A stretch of DNA of 64,000 nucleotides, the filler included, from Porpidia crustulata (Eukaryota): the NCBI GenBank assembly GCA_964255105.1. It is 4 parts of 4 records of this genome, joined end to end, with 100 filler letters (N's around TTAATTAATTAA, not from the genome) between each part and the next. Parts side by side here need not be neighbours in the genome. Positions count along the whole stretch, not along the records: positions 50,057 to 64,000 come from CAXUWE010000404.1; 3 more parts are not named here. One strand, 5' to 3'. Positions 50,057 through 63,401 of the stretch are shown piece after piece. The notes below the pieces were generated by a model, which was not told the DNA's origin, made no database searches, and saw only the letters and a list, made by a program, of their open reading frames with translations. The translations under genes were made by a program, and so were the position numbers. Each line of letters starts with the position of its first letter. Within the stretch, counting starts at the first letter, position 1.

Positions 50057-53000
50057 GAAGAGAGGGTTTTACCTTTGATTCGTGTGTCCATTGGTCGCGG
50101 AGTTCGTCCAGCATGTCAATGTCGCCAAAGGGGCTGAGGATCCCACCCATGAGACCGGATTTGCCTACTGCTTTCTTGACGCTGTCGAAACCAGATCCTA
50201 CGACGGCTTTGGCGCCTACGACCCCTGCGACTGAGCTTGTCACTTTGCCAAGAACGTTGTAAGCTCCTGTCACGGCTTTCTTCCCGGTTGCAACCGTGTG
50301 AGCGATTTGCTCGGCGGCTTCTAATCTTGGGTAGATGATTGGCACGGCGATCATCCAGATACAATGCTGCACGGATTGAGGAAGCATGGCCACTTTCGGG
50401 AAGAGCCCTTGATAGGTCGGACCAGCCATGACCTGGTGAGGGTTTCTCTCCGACCGGCAGTCGGGACCTACGACTACCACTGCTGGGCCAAGATACTTGA
50501 CAAAATGCCAACCGGTACCTGTGATGGTGAAAATGTCTGTATCTGTGCTGACGTTGCGGAGAATTTCAAGGGTAGTGTGGTGTTGGAATAGAAGATACAT
50601 TTCAATACCGATGCGACCAATATTTTTAAACATGTTCGAGAATTGCATATATTCAGGGTAAGATCCAAAGCCATCAAATCTATGAAGTATTAGCTCGACT
50701 TCTCACTTTACCAACTGTGATACTGTACTCACATATCATGATCATCAATCTGTAAAATATGGGGAATTTGTGCAAACGCCTCCCGTAAATATGGCTGGTC
50801 GAAATGACTGGTATAGTAATGGAAATATGCGTGTGAAACGTCTTCTTCGTGTTTAGGAGTCCATGTGACATTCTTCCGATTCTCCTTGCCACTCATCGAA
50901 AGCCATTGCTTCAATAAAGGTATCTCTTTCCAGATTCTATCCGCATATATCTGGTCACCAAGTCCCAATTGTACGTGAAACCCTCCGCACTCTACATGCT
51001 TCTGCATGATATCTTTCCACATGTATCCAACGCCACCAAGCGCTGCTCGTTGATTTGCATTCACACTTAAAGAAAAGTCGTTTCCAGAGGTCGCGATGAA
51101 GCGCCAGTTGGTCTCGGTCCGACCAGCAACAAGAAATTCATATCTGGTGCAGCCAAGATGTGAAGTGATTGCATAGGTCCACTTGGCACCAAGTTCGGCA
51201 TGCATTTGAAGGTCAATATCGTATCGATAGAACGTCCACCGCTGATGCTGAGAGATAGGGCTAGCCTTTAGTTGACGAGGGTTAGGGGAGAGGTCGACGC
51301 TTTGATGAATATGGATAGTTGGAGGTTGTGGAGCATCTGTAACCAGCAAGATTGAACCCAGCCATATTCCCCTCTCCAAATCCATATTAGTGTAACGTAG
51401 AAAGGGACCAAAGTAGACTCCATTGGTGGGTGCGATCTTATACATATCCACCCCACTACTTGGCGGCGGACCTGAGAAGCCTGAAACGGTGGGTGTGGAA
51501 GATTGCATGCTCATGATGCTTTCAGGATATCCAGGTGTAGATGGCTGAAAACCAGGAGATGCTAGTGGCTTCCCACTAAATGTACTCAACCCTGGAGAAG
51601 CCAACGGGTTCCCTCCGTATGTACTAAGAGTTGGAGATAAGGGTTCGTTGAGATTTAATGGCGTCGGCCCCTTAGGAAACTCCCATTGCGTCGATTGAGT
51701 GGGTAAGTGGATGTAGTAATACTGGCCAGAGTTCGGATCAAGATGGGCGATCCACCCCTCAGGAAGTGGAGGCGGGGATGCTGGGCCAGGGCCTACAGGC
51801 GCAGGGGACGGTTTGGCAGCTTGAGTAGCTGTTTGTGCGACTGGCTGCCCAGGTTGCTGTATTCGCCCACCTTGGTTCTGCTGCCTTGCATCGTTGGCAA
51901 AGGCGGGATGACCATGGTTCTGTGGGTCTAATGAGACGCCTGCCCCGGTCACTGCAGTTCCAGCGGCCGCAGCAGCTGGTATCGCAACATTTGGCCCATG
52001 ACCAGTTTTCTCGTTCTGGCCGTACGCAGCAGCAGCTGCGGGTCCGGAAGGGGAATATGCAGGCGGAGGTGATGCTGATACGTGCATCCGCTGAAAGTCT
52101 TGTTCTAGAGTAGTCGGTGCAGAGCCCCTTCCGGGCTGATTTGAAGGTGAATTTACACGTCCTTGAGGTATAGGGGCTTGTACTGGTGGCGAACTTGAGG
52201 CTTGTCCTGGGCCTTGATATATGGTGGGAGGGCCGTGTGGCTGGCTTCCTGGCTGCTCAGTAGGTGTCCAAGGCCTCCGTGGCGGCTCCTGTTGCTGTTG
52301 CGCCCCTGACATCTGCGCTCCACCAAGCGGTTCGGTGTATTGACCAGCCCTTTGCGCGGCGGCTGCGTTCTGAGCTTGTAAGTTGGTCAGCGTCGATGTA
52401 CCTGCAATGCCTGCCGCTGCGTATCGAGCTTCAATGCCTCCTCCTGGCAGTTCTCCTGGAGCCACCACTGGAGTCTCAGGAGGCGGTGGAGAACCCCGTT
52501 GCGCTCTGGTAGTTGACGTTGATGCTGTTGAGCTTAACCGATTCACTCCTGGATTTGGGACATTCAGAGCGGTAGATGGCGCCGGCCCGCCTGTCGATGA
52601 TTCCCCAGGTGGTGGCCAATACTGCTGGTAGTAATCTGGGTAAGGGTTGGGCTCTGGTTGAGAGGGTTTCCGCGTATCTGCTTGAGTTGGCGCCCCTTCG
52701 CGTTGCGGCATTCTTTGGAAAAGCCCTTCCTTATCAGGTGCTTCTGGCCCAGGTGAATCCGGCAACGGTTTTGGAATGTTTGTCCTCCTCTCTGCCAAGC
52801 GCGAGGTTGGCTGTCCCTCCCATCCATCCCGAGGTCTCAACGCCGAGGGATACTCGGGTATATTGGATCTACCGTGGTCGGCTGAATCGGAGCGTGGAGG
52901 TGAGCCATAAGCCGGTGAGGCCCTGCCTTGGTTAGGAGTCGTTATGCGCTTCGTAGGTGCTGCTTGTGCTCCTTGTCCATTCGCTGTACGCTGCTGTATT

Positions 53001-53212
53001 CGTTGACGGTCGTCGGGGTAAGGCAATGGAGCTGGTGAGCTTAATGCGCCTGGTGGAAGAGGGAACGCAGCGGGTTGAGCAAGCCCCGGTTCAGGTGACT
53101 TTGACTCTCGCTTATGGATCCGTAAAGGTTCAATAGTAGGAGAGTCTGAATTTGACGGCCGTTGGAGAAACAATTCTTCTTCCGCTTTTCCTTGACGTCC
53201 ACCTGAGCTCAT
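50057..53212 (-). CDS. WW-domain + PhoD-like metallophosphatase protein; 3' end lost in gap
   Basis: P/Q/S-rich N-terminus, WW domain LPEGWIAHLDPNSGQYYYIHLPTQSTQWEFP, metallophosphatase motifs GDQIYAD, DDHD-IFDGFGSY, DCRSER, DELRDQW. Confidence 0.85.
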
Positions 53213-54031
53213 CTTGATCTCTGTGTTCTTGTGGCCGCAAAAGAGGCCGCAGGGAAGGTTAAAATAGCACCAAAATCACTTGCAGCGACGTACGTCCAGA
53301 TAGCTCTGTGGTATTGATTAGCTGCTTTCAGGGTTCTGTGGTCTCGAGCTCGTAGTGCGCAGTATGGTTTCTGTTTTAGCAAGAGGCACGGTCCGCGTAC
53401 ACAACATACGAGGCAGAGTTTACTCCAATCATTTGGAAGTTCATTGTAGATGGACTATCATAAGTGTACCTACGCCTTTTGCGGGACGTAGCTATGCACT
53501 TGTGAGTTGTGACAACGCCCGCTTCGAGAATTATATCATAGCCGCCGAGCGTTCGTCATGCCTGTTGGAGGTTTCTGGGTAAGGCTCCAAGCCATTTCTA
53601 AGCGCCGGAGATCATCCAATAGCTTCACGTTTGTCAGACCTCTGTCTAGCTCACAATTTAGTCGAGCCATGAAGACTTTACCCAGTGGTTCAAGACCTTT
53701 AACTCAGTCCCTCAGACTTTCATCAGCTGGTACGTACAGAGATTCAGAGTTTGACCTTCTAAGTACATTCAGAGTAGCATGGGAATTAGGTCCTCGTCGA
53801 TTTCTACTACTCATCGGTTATTGCATGCGCACCTGCAATGTTGTCTAGTGAAGAGAGGTCTCGCATACCACAGAAGCAATGCTGCTCGAGGTACTGTTTC
53901 AACTTGGTACACTCTGCGATTGTGAGATGAATACTTGTTCTCATGAGAAGTAAACTAGGTATATCGCAGTACTCATCAAAATTTCACGTAGGATCCCACC
54001 CTACCTCGAGTCAAAACCGTTCAGTAGACCA

Positions 54032-55286
54032 TCAGACGCGAGTCCCAAAACCTTCTCGAAATTTCTCTCGAACTTCCTGTACCCATTTCATTACAAGACC
54101 GACGTCTTTGATCACCGCCCCAGGAACCCCCAGCTTCTGCATCCACATCGGCAGCCAACCTCTTGCATCACTAGCCGTCGCCATCATCCAGATGATCTCA
54201 CCTTTCGAAGGGGTGTCCGGGTTTTCACGTAATATGCAGCGCTCGACACTCGTATAGATCCTGATTTTAGTGCCAATTAGCCCTTTTAATGAACGGATAC
54301 AATGCATCGAGTAGATGTCTGCCATACCCAAGCACAGCTTTCTTCTTCTGCAGCGTATCTCCACCTTCTATAAGATTTCGCCCGTTGCTATAGAATGCCT
54401 CTGGGAGAGACTCGAGGGCCACGGGGATTTGAACGACAATAAGTCCATCCGTACCTGATTTCGCAGTGATTATAAGAACAGGGAATACACGCGGAGCCAG
54501 GGGAAAGGGAAGCTTGTGGCACATCTCGTAGACTAATGGCACGGTTAGATCTAAGCTTTATCTCTTCTAATGCCTCACGAAACAATATTTCGAATACTCA
54601 CTACTCATGGCGATTTCACTGTATTTGCCTATCGTCATATCGGCAGGATCAGGGCCCAGTTCCCACTCAAGTACTTTGTACGCGTCGAAAACATCTGGCG
54701 TGTATAGTCGCTCATGGTACGAATGTTCCGTTCGCAAAGCAGAGTCAAGTTCTGACCAAGACGCGGTCCCAGTCAGACTCTGATTTGTATGCGTACTGCC
54801 TCGTGCAACCCACGCCTCACTAGCCTTTTTGATGCCTTGAGGAGGCGTTCGGTGAATAATGGAAGTCTTCCATGGGATTTGAGAGAGTTCATCACCAGTG
54901 ATCGTCCGCTTCAATAGCCTGACTTTGGCAATTGATGGTGGCGATGACTTGAAGCCACTGTCGGTGAACGTACTGGATATGGTTTTGTCGACAAATGTTA
55001 TTGCCTCATCAAGAATTGTCTTGATAAACGGAGCTAAATTGGGCCGTCCTGTAGCATCGAGAAAACCAGTAAACGTTGGCCTCGCAGAATGAAGACCATT
55101 TCGAGTGCTCTCCGAAGTGCCATTCGAGGCGGTTGGATTCTCAGTTGGTAATACAGAATCATCCTTAACATCGAGAACGACATTTTGCTGGGATACTGTC
55201 TGGAACCTTGTCTCTAATGCTGGATGAGCCGGTAACTCATCCAGCTGAAGAGGAGTGAGACGAATGAAGTTGCCAAGCGGTGCCAT
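54032..55286 (-). CDS. DUF3074-like (START-like) hypothetical protein, 3 exons
   Basis: WVARGSTH, GTASWSE, HSYHERLYTP, MCHKLPFPLAPRVFPVLII, YTSVER, WMMATASDARGWLPMWMQ; family recognised from recalled motifs. Confidence 0.75.
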
Positions 55287-55966
55287 TATGAGATAAAAGG
55301 ACTGTTTTGTCGATAAGCACTATAATCGTACAACTAATATTGCTCTTATACAGTAATTGATGCTTCAACGAGAGAGAAGTAAGACAAAGAGATAGTCTGC
55401 AAGCAGTTATTATTCTCTGGTATTTAGCTGAAAGCAACAGTAGTGATGTTTACATGAAGAAGAATGAGAAGAGGAATAGGGAATAGATGAAGAGGCAGGA
55501 ATTTCTAACATTTCGATTCGCAATTACTCTTTGAGGAAGTCGTCGTCCACAGCAAAGATCAGCGTCATGCATGGCCTTACAAGGCGACCCGGGACCCGGC
55601 AGCATCCCAAGACAGAAAATTAAATCTTTCTTAATCTTGTATCAAAGATTGAAAATGTAAGTTTGTCGATAAGGATTTAAGGCAACTGAGCTCGCTTCCT
55701 ACTGCTAGTATTATAATGTGAAATCTGCCTTCTATGTACATAATGGCGCAGCCGCCAGCCACAAGCAATGGCTCCATATCATTCAGACTAGAGTATACAC
55801 CCACACACCGTAGATCGAGACTGTACATCTTGAACTGACACTCTCGCGTTTCTCTCCCAATCTGTGGACCTTCACCAGCGGTCTGAAGCTTCCGCAAATA
55901 CAGCGAAGTCTCTTGACACAAAGTCACTTGGTCCGGAACTTTACACCATTGACAGTCTCCCCGTCA

Positions 55967-56683
55967 TTATTTCCTCGTAGTCCGCAATTCCTCCAGCCTT
56001 CGCTTCCGTCGTACCTGTACCTTTCTCCTTTCTCCACCATCCACCTTGTGACCTCGCTTGACCTCCCACATCCCCTCTTGTACTCTGATGGTTGCGACGC
56101 TGCCCCCCGTCCCTTTCACCGGCTCAATGTATGGCCCAACGATGGTGTGAGCTCCGACCACCTTCATCCCTCCAATTGGCTTTGCTTCTTTCGCACGTAG
56201 ACCTTGAGTCGGAGCTTCAGGAGGTAGATTCAATACGAGCTTCTTTTTGGCAGAAATACGGGTCGATGTTATCGCCGCGCTCGCTGGTGTGTTGCCTATT
56301 GGTACCTCCACAACTCTCACCTGTGCTACCGCATCCATGACATTTTGTAAATCACCGCCGATACCATGCAGACCTTTCCTGAATCGATCCCTCCACCAAA
56401 GTAGATACCTTCGGCTTCTGGCAGGCTCAACTCCGAGTTCCCGTAGCTGAGAGGATGTTAGGGAGAATAAGGACTGCCAGGTCGGTATTTTGGCGGCATG
56501 CTGGGAAAGACCCCGTCCAATTAATGTGAGAAAGGTTTTGGCGTCAGGGACGAATGGGGTTTGAGGTGGGATCTGGCTGGTAGAGACTTGTTGGTGGAGC
56601 TGGCGGACGCATCGCTGCGGTCTGTACAGGCACGGGAATAATGCGGAGGGTAGCGACGGCAATCTCAGGGGACGGCTCACCAT
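55967..56683 (-). CDS. FYV4: Mitochondrial small ribosomal subunit protein mS41/Fyv4 (IGR motif)
   Basis: Arg-rich presequence-like N-terminus; FLTLIGRG, LRELGVEPARSRRYLLWWRDRFR; C-terminal GHKVDGGERR. Confidence 0.87.
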   Translation of the reverse strand: MVSRPLRLPSLPSALFPCLYRPQRCVRQLHQQVSTSQIPPQTPFVPDAKTFLTLIGRGLSQHAAKIPTWQSLFSLTSSQLRELGVEPARSRRYLLWWRDRFRKGLHGIGGDLQNVMDAVAQVRVVEVPIGNTPASAAITSTRISAKKKLVLNLPPEAPTQGLRAKEAKPIGGMKVVGAHTIVGPYIEPVKGTGGSVATIRVQEGMWEVKRGHKVDGGERRKVQVRRKRRLEELRTTRK

Positions 56684-56954
56684 GATGCCAGGCTATTTTT
56701 GTGGTGCGCTGCCTGCTAAATTAGAGTGGTAAACTTTCTGGAGAGCAATGTGTAGTGAGTAAATACATGATTTGAGAGCTAGGATCAGCCCTATGCTTAC
56801 ATAAGTCATTTTCGAGTTGTAAACCGAATTTCAGACATAAAGACAGACATCCTATACATGTTTTGGCATTGTCATTATCTCATGAGGGTGGTGCTCACGC
56901 TTAGCTTTTCTACGATGGAGATACCTTGATGGGAGCCAAGAGTACAGGGCTACC

Positions 56955-58217
56955 ATGGCAGTTTCGCCGCAGGTCATGCAAAATAGTGCCTCGAGTGTCA
57001 ATATCATGGCCTCGAAAGCCAAGGCGCTGGTCGTTAGGACCAATTCGATAGGGACCGATCGAACCGAGCATCAGTCCTCCAAAGTTCGGGGTTCCGAACT
57101 AGCTGCGCAGCTCAACGAAGAAACGAAGCAGAAATATGTCAAGGGTGTGCCTTCGATGATGTTTCCCTAGGTTTCTACCGCAACTGATGAGGGCGCAGAT
57201 AAGAAGGTGGGGGAGGGACAGTATGCGAATGTCTATCTGGGCCATCTCAAAGCGGACCCCAGCTCTCTAGTTGCCATCAAGAAGATCAAAGTCAATACCG
57301 AGTACAAGGATGGATTGTCTATGGACTCGATCCGCGAGGTCAAATATTTACAGGAGCTCTATCATCCTAATATAATAGCTTTGTACTCTGTTTTTTCGTC
57401 AAAGAATCAGAATCTCAATCTTGTCCTTGAATATCTACCACGCGGTGACTTGGAAATGCTCATTAGAGACAGCGAGGGGATCCGATACGGGACGGCAGAG
57501 GTCAAAGCATGGATGGGCATGCTTGGCCGTGCGGTATGGTTTTGTCATGAGAATTTCATACTTCATCGCGATATAAAACCAAACAATTTGCTCATTGCGG
57601 CGGATGGAGAGGTCAAGCTCGCCGATTTTGGTCTGGCACGATCATTTTCGGATCCTTACCGGTCCATGACCAGTCAAGTCATCACGCGATGGTATCGGCC
57701 ACCAGAGTTGCTGTTTGGAGCCAAGTACTATTCTGGGGTGGTCGATGTTTGGTCTATGGGGCTTGTCTTCGCCGAGCTCATTTTGAGAACACCCTTCGTG
57801 GCGGGGAATACCGAGATGCATCAAATCGAGTTAATATGCCAGGCAATTGGGACCCCTACCGAAGAAAACTGGCCTGGTGTGTCGAAGCTGGACGGCTTCG
57901 TGCCGTTTGATAAGGTACAACCCGTTCGCGGAAAGGAGAGCTACTTGGCCAGTGGATTTGCGACCGTTGGTCCAATTGGGGTGGATCTTCTGATGTCAAT
58001 GCTGACGTTGGACCCTCGGAAACGAAGCACGTCACGCCGAGTCTTGGAGCATAAATGGTGGACCAGTGACCCACGGCCCACTTCGAAGGAAGATCTACCT
58101 CAGAAAGGCGGGGGACAGCAGAAAATGGGAGACGATTTGAAAAGGAGAGGCGGCGAAGTGGAAGATGGCAGGGCGGACAATGTAGCTAGAAGGCTAGATT
58201 TTAGTGCAGTGCGATGA
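56955..58217 (+). CDS. KIN28: TFIIH/CAK serine-threonine kinase CDK7/Kin28
   Basis: GEGQYANVY, VAIKKIK, DGLSMDSIREVKYLQEL, HRDIKPNN, DFGLARSF, T-loop MTSQVITRWYRPPELLFGA, C-terminal ARRLDF; intron 57145-57198. Confidence 0.93.
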
Positions 58218-60328
58218 GAATGTCAAAAAGCGCCAGCAGCTGTAATTAATTGTGCTACTCTCCACAATCCCTGACCCACAAGCTTTTTCGTGTGCCACCG
58301 AGCCGTTGGTGGAAGCATTTCGACCTTCCGTGAATTGAGTCCAGATCAGTCGCAATCATCACATTGCATCTATTCAGGTTTCCAGGAGCGATTGTGCTGC
58401 ACGGACTGCTTATTTCTTCTTTCAACCGTCATAGTGTTCAGCATGCATGATCGTCAAATATCACGCTGGTGTCCAAGTGCGGCTTGATTGTCAACCATAC
58501 ATTAGTAGAATCTTTAGCTCATTGACCGCCCTGGGCCCCTGTGATGGACGATGTGGTCAATGCTTTTGGTTTGGGGGTAGAGGTGCATTGGTGTGAGGAT
58601 TTAGCGCAGGGGATAAGCAAATCGAACTTCGAGAATCTTTAATGTTTTCCCATCTCATTTTACACGAAAACTGTTTTGAAAAGCTTAAAGCGCATGCATT
58701 CAGGCCGTTGTGCATGCATTTCAAGCATAAACACTGTCAAGTTCTGATGCGTGCACAGGTGTCACGTCCATGACCATTATTGTGTGATTGTTCTTCACCA
58801 ATATTCGCAGTTGAAATGGATTTGACTGGAGGCGACGAATGTGATGATGTGAAATTGGGAGCTGCACCGGTATCACCAGTCACCAAGTCCAAACCAATAG
58901 CGGACAAGGCATATTTCTATCCATGTCCCACCGGTGCCTTTCGGTTGGTTGACCGGAAGGTGGAGGTAGCAGCAGCGCACGATTAAGGTTCGTATCGAGG
59001 CTTTGCCCCCTGGAGACTGGGGAGACAACGAAAATGTTCGTAGGTTCGTAGCTAGTCCTGCCCCTTTCCATTGGAATTCCAAGAAGGTCCATTGGTCCGC
59101 TGGTAAGCCAGATGGAGCATGGTAGTGGAAACCGCTATCCACTGGAAAGGGCACAGCTTGCCATTCCAGTTACCGTACTTCCTGTTAGAAATGAAAGATT
59201 GCTCATCCCACGATTCTTGACGTCTAGATTGCGCAAGTGGTTCTCAATCACCTCGTTGCCGTACGGTCTCCCTTCCTCCCCACCCTCATCTTCTTTCTTT
59301 GCTCCATCGGGTCGGACGGTGGTAGTGAGTGGTAGTGAGTTTCAATGGGATATTTGGCTCTGCTTTATTTTCTTTATAACAAGGGTTGAGAGAGATCGGG
59401 TCTTCGTGCAGGCCGCTAGCGTCCCCACTGGCTGTCGGTCTCTTTACTCTCCCTTGCTCGTCTTGGCATGTGCCGACACAACGGACAGAAACTACACAAT
59501 TCTGCTGCACGCTCAACGTTGCCCGATCAAGAGCTCATAAAGGATCACGTTTGCTGCTTTGGGATTTTAGTAATTCGCAACTACTGAACCTCCGCTCCTT
59601 CCAATTTTCAATACAAATTCCTCGTGCAGCATATCCTCAGCGGATTAGTGTGAGGTCCCGCGACTTGCGAATGACCCACACTCGCCCCATCAACCGCGCC
59701 TTCCACTTCCACCTCCTGGCGAAGATTTGAACAGAAAATAGTCGAGGACTTGGGAAAAGCATTCACAGAACCGCTCAAAGAATCGCCCTTCCATCTTACG
59801 TTGTGGGTTAGAAGAGCCGATGATCATTGCTACTATTCTCAAAAGCAACAGAAATCAACTGTACTTTATCCATCATCCGCTTCGGGGGCAGTCTGAGCGC
59901 ATTCTTATTCCAGGAGACCTCATCTGAATCTGAGCAGTATCGCTTCTTCAACGTGCATTGCAGGCGCGTGTACGGCTGTACATGCGAGATACCTTATCTT
60001 ACCCGAGAGACATAACGGCACGGTCGTAACGACATAACCACACAATCTCTAGAACTTGGACTTATACGGCGCAAAGACCTGAAAATTGTTCAGGTGAGGG
60101 AGGAGGATCCGAGACACTACGAGGCAAATTGTCAAAGAAATAGACCCGTCTAAAAAAAATCCTCACATCTCCTTTCTGCTGTCCAATCTGAATTATCGTG
60201 TATACTGGAACCAGGCACACCTCGGGTCTCGGATTGTTGATGGCTTGAGATTGCAGGAATACACAACAACGGATCTTTGCTGGATTGGGCTCTCAACCAT
60301 CCTCACTTGATCTTTATACTCCTTCAAC

Positions 60329-63300
60329 ATGGCAGCGGTCAGGTTGTCCGAACCTTCTGTACCTCCACCAACCTCTGCCCTCCCGACTTTACCGGTTTAC
60401 AAGACACGGAAGAGTTCCGGTCTTCCAGCATCATCGACAACAGCTCGCATGGTACCAAGTGCTCAAACCCCTTCGAAGCTCGCTCTACGAACCCCTTCGC
60501 GGCTGATCCGGCCTGTTCTCTCTCCAGAAGCCCGTCACACAAGTTCAACGCCTGTCGTTCCATCCCTACGATCATCGTCAATAAGTCCGGAACATGGTCT
60601 TGGCTCTCCGGGTAAGGAGGTGCGACGATCGATCAGCATTGCAGCTTTTCCCCAACCGCCCAAGATTGGGCGAAGGACGGCCACGGACTCGAAGCCTTTA
60701 CGGTACGCGCCTCCACCAATTTCAGAGCAGAACAAACGTGGCTCGGCGGAGTCAACAAACGCTGCAACGACACCCGGTAGCTCCAGGGCAAAGATGCCAA
60801 GGCCGGTGCCTGATCCGCTAGGTCGATCCTTCGCCGTATCCGCGACTCCAAGCTTGTTGAGTGGAAATGGCGATGGGAATTCCATACCTGGTCTATCTCG
60901 AGCCAGGGCCTCAGGTGGGCTCACCGGTGCTACTTCGCCATCGCAGAGTAGAAGCTCGTCAGCCCAAGGATCAAACTCTACATCTGCTACGACCTTTGAA
61001 GACGTGGACGAAAACTCCAAGAGAGGGCGAGCAGGTGCGGATACTCTGGCAAGAGACGGGAAACGACAATCCAAGGAGGGAAAAGGGAATGTTTTAGTCA
61101 GTGTTCGCGTAAGGCCGGATGCTGCCGGTGACGGTGACAAAAGGTCTGAAGGCGAATGGATGGTCGATGGCCGAAAATCATTAGTCGCCTACAAAGGACG
61201 AGAGGGAGGAGACTACTATTACGGCAAGTCTCAGTGCTTCAAAAAGTAGGCTTGTCGCTAACATACCCGACGCAGATAATGTGTTTGCGCCTCACGACCA
61301 GAACCATAAAGTGTACGATGCATGTGCGAAACGGTTGGTGCGACGGGTCATGGAAGGCTACCATGGCACAGTCTTTGCCTACGGCATGACAGGTACCGGA
61401 AAAACTTTCTCCATGCAGGGTACACAAGATTCTCCCGGTGTCATACCATTGGCAATTGCCGATATCTTTTCCTACGTGCGCGAAACGCCCAATCGAGAAT
61501 TCTTGCTTCGAGTAAGCTACCTTGAGATTTACAACGAGAAGATTAATGATTTGCTGTCACCACCAGTGGTGGGTGGTTTTGGACCAGGAGCGTCCCAGCC
61601 TGAAGAAATTAAGCTCCGCGAAGACAGCAAACGAGGCGTTTACGCTTCCCCTTTGAAGGAAGAGATCGTCTTGAGCCCCACGCAATTGCTGCGAGTCATA
61701 CATAGAGGCGATACTTCACGGAGGACTCGAAGTACTCAGTTCAATGCGCAAAGTTCTCGAAGTCACGCAGTCGTGCAAATTGTAGTCGAAAGCAGAGAGC
61801 GGACACCATTGAGCGGAAAAGGGGAAGAAAACAAGCGAGCTGCTCTTAAGCTTGGAGGCGTTCGGATATCTACATTGAGCATGATAGATCTCGCTGGGTC
61901 AGAAAGAGCGGCAGATAATAAGGAACGCCGGACAGAGGGTGCCCACATTAACAAAAGTCTCCTCACCCTTGGTACTGTCATTGCACGGCTTTCTGGTGAC
62001 AAGGATAGCAATGGCAATCCGATGGACAAGGATGGAAAGCATTTGCCCTACCGAGACAGCAAACTGACTCGGCTCCTGCAGCCAGCCTTGTCCGGAAACT
62101 CGTTGGTCAGCATTCTCTGTACAATCCAGATTGGATCCTTGGGCAGTGTAGCCACGGCAAACGGTCATACTGGAGAAACTCTGAATACCCTGAAGTTTGC
62201 TGCAAGGGCCAAGAACAATATTGTGAGTCATGCCAAAAAGGTCGAAGAAGCCATAGGCACTGGGCCTGATGCGAGCCGAGGCCTACTTGAACGATATCGT
62301 GTGGAGATTGCAACACTACGAAGTCAACTCGAAATCCAAAGCAAGGTACAGGTCGAAAAGGAAGAGAAGAAGCTCGAGAAGGAGGCTGAGCAGAGGCATG
62401 AAGAACAGATGCTTGAGATGCAATTGGCAAGGACAGCCTTAAAGGAACGAATCGAGCACTTGAACCGTTTGATACTTTCATCTAGGTCGACAGGAGTCAA
62501 TACGAATGGTAAACTATCGTCTCTCAGCATGCACCCAAGGTTGGAGTCTGCGCAGAGGTCGCTACGTTCATCCGCCAGTCATTCCACGCTGGGAGCGATG
62601 GATTCGACCAAGGCCAGGACTATCTCCATAGGCTCCACGGCCACGGTCAATGGTCCGGCGAATAACGCCCATTCACCGAGCTCCTCATTCGAAAATGAAG
62701 GCGAGGAAGGGGATTCGGCCGGCGAATTTGGTGATGGTACTGCCACATCGAACGCCCAGATTCGCTCTTTACAGGCAGACCTGGCAGACAAGAACCGGTA
62801 TATCTCTACCTTGGAAAAGCGGCTTCTCCAAGCTCGACGGTCAAGCCAGTCGCGAACGTCACTAGCGTTATCACCCAGTTCGCCAAAAATGTCTAGCATC
62901 TTGGGAGAAGAGAGCGGCGCAAAGATTCAGTTGCAGGAGAAGGACGCCGAGATTGCCGAGCTCCAGGCCAAGCTTGACGACAAGGACCGCATGCTACAAG
63001 CCCTTCGATCTGCAACGCGCAAACGCGATGTCGCCGACCTTTCCCCGGACCCGAGGACTTGCACACCGCCCATCACCCGAGGGGACAGTCAGCATCAACC
63101 GCAACACAGCAACGGCAGCGCAGCTTTCTTCACGGTGCCGATCAGCCCGGTACAGCTGCTCTCCCCGCAGAAAGACAAGGACGGGAAGCGGAAGAGCATC
63201 GACGAGATGTCGAAGATTTTGGATGAGATGATCCAGGAAAAGGTGGAGAGCGGACAGGTGATCAAAGGGTCCAAGGGAGTGGTGCGGGCGGCGTCGGAAC

Positions 63301-63401
63301 GGAAGAAGGACAGCCTATGCGTCGTACCTCGGATCGGGGCGCTGGCGGCGTCTCTCCGGCCAACGTCGACGTTGTCGGAAGCTGAACCATCGCCTTCGTG
63401 A
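60329..63401 (+). CDS. kipA: Kinesin-7 motor, KipA/Kip2/Tea2-like
   Basis: S/P-rich N-terminal extension, NVLVSVRVRP, AYGMTGTGKTFSM, SSRSH, DLAGSE, HLPYRDSKLTRLLQ, C-terminal coiled coils; GC-AG intron 61224-61275 gives GDYYY-D-NVF. Confidence 0.92.

Noticed and set aside
58218..60328. Several 60-140 aa ORFs between KIN28 and kipA
   Set aside because: Overlapping frames on both strands with no recognisable motifs; more likely UTR and promoter sequence.
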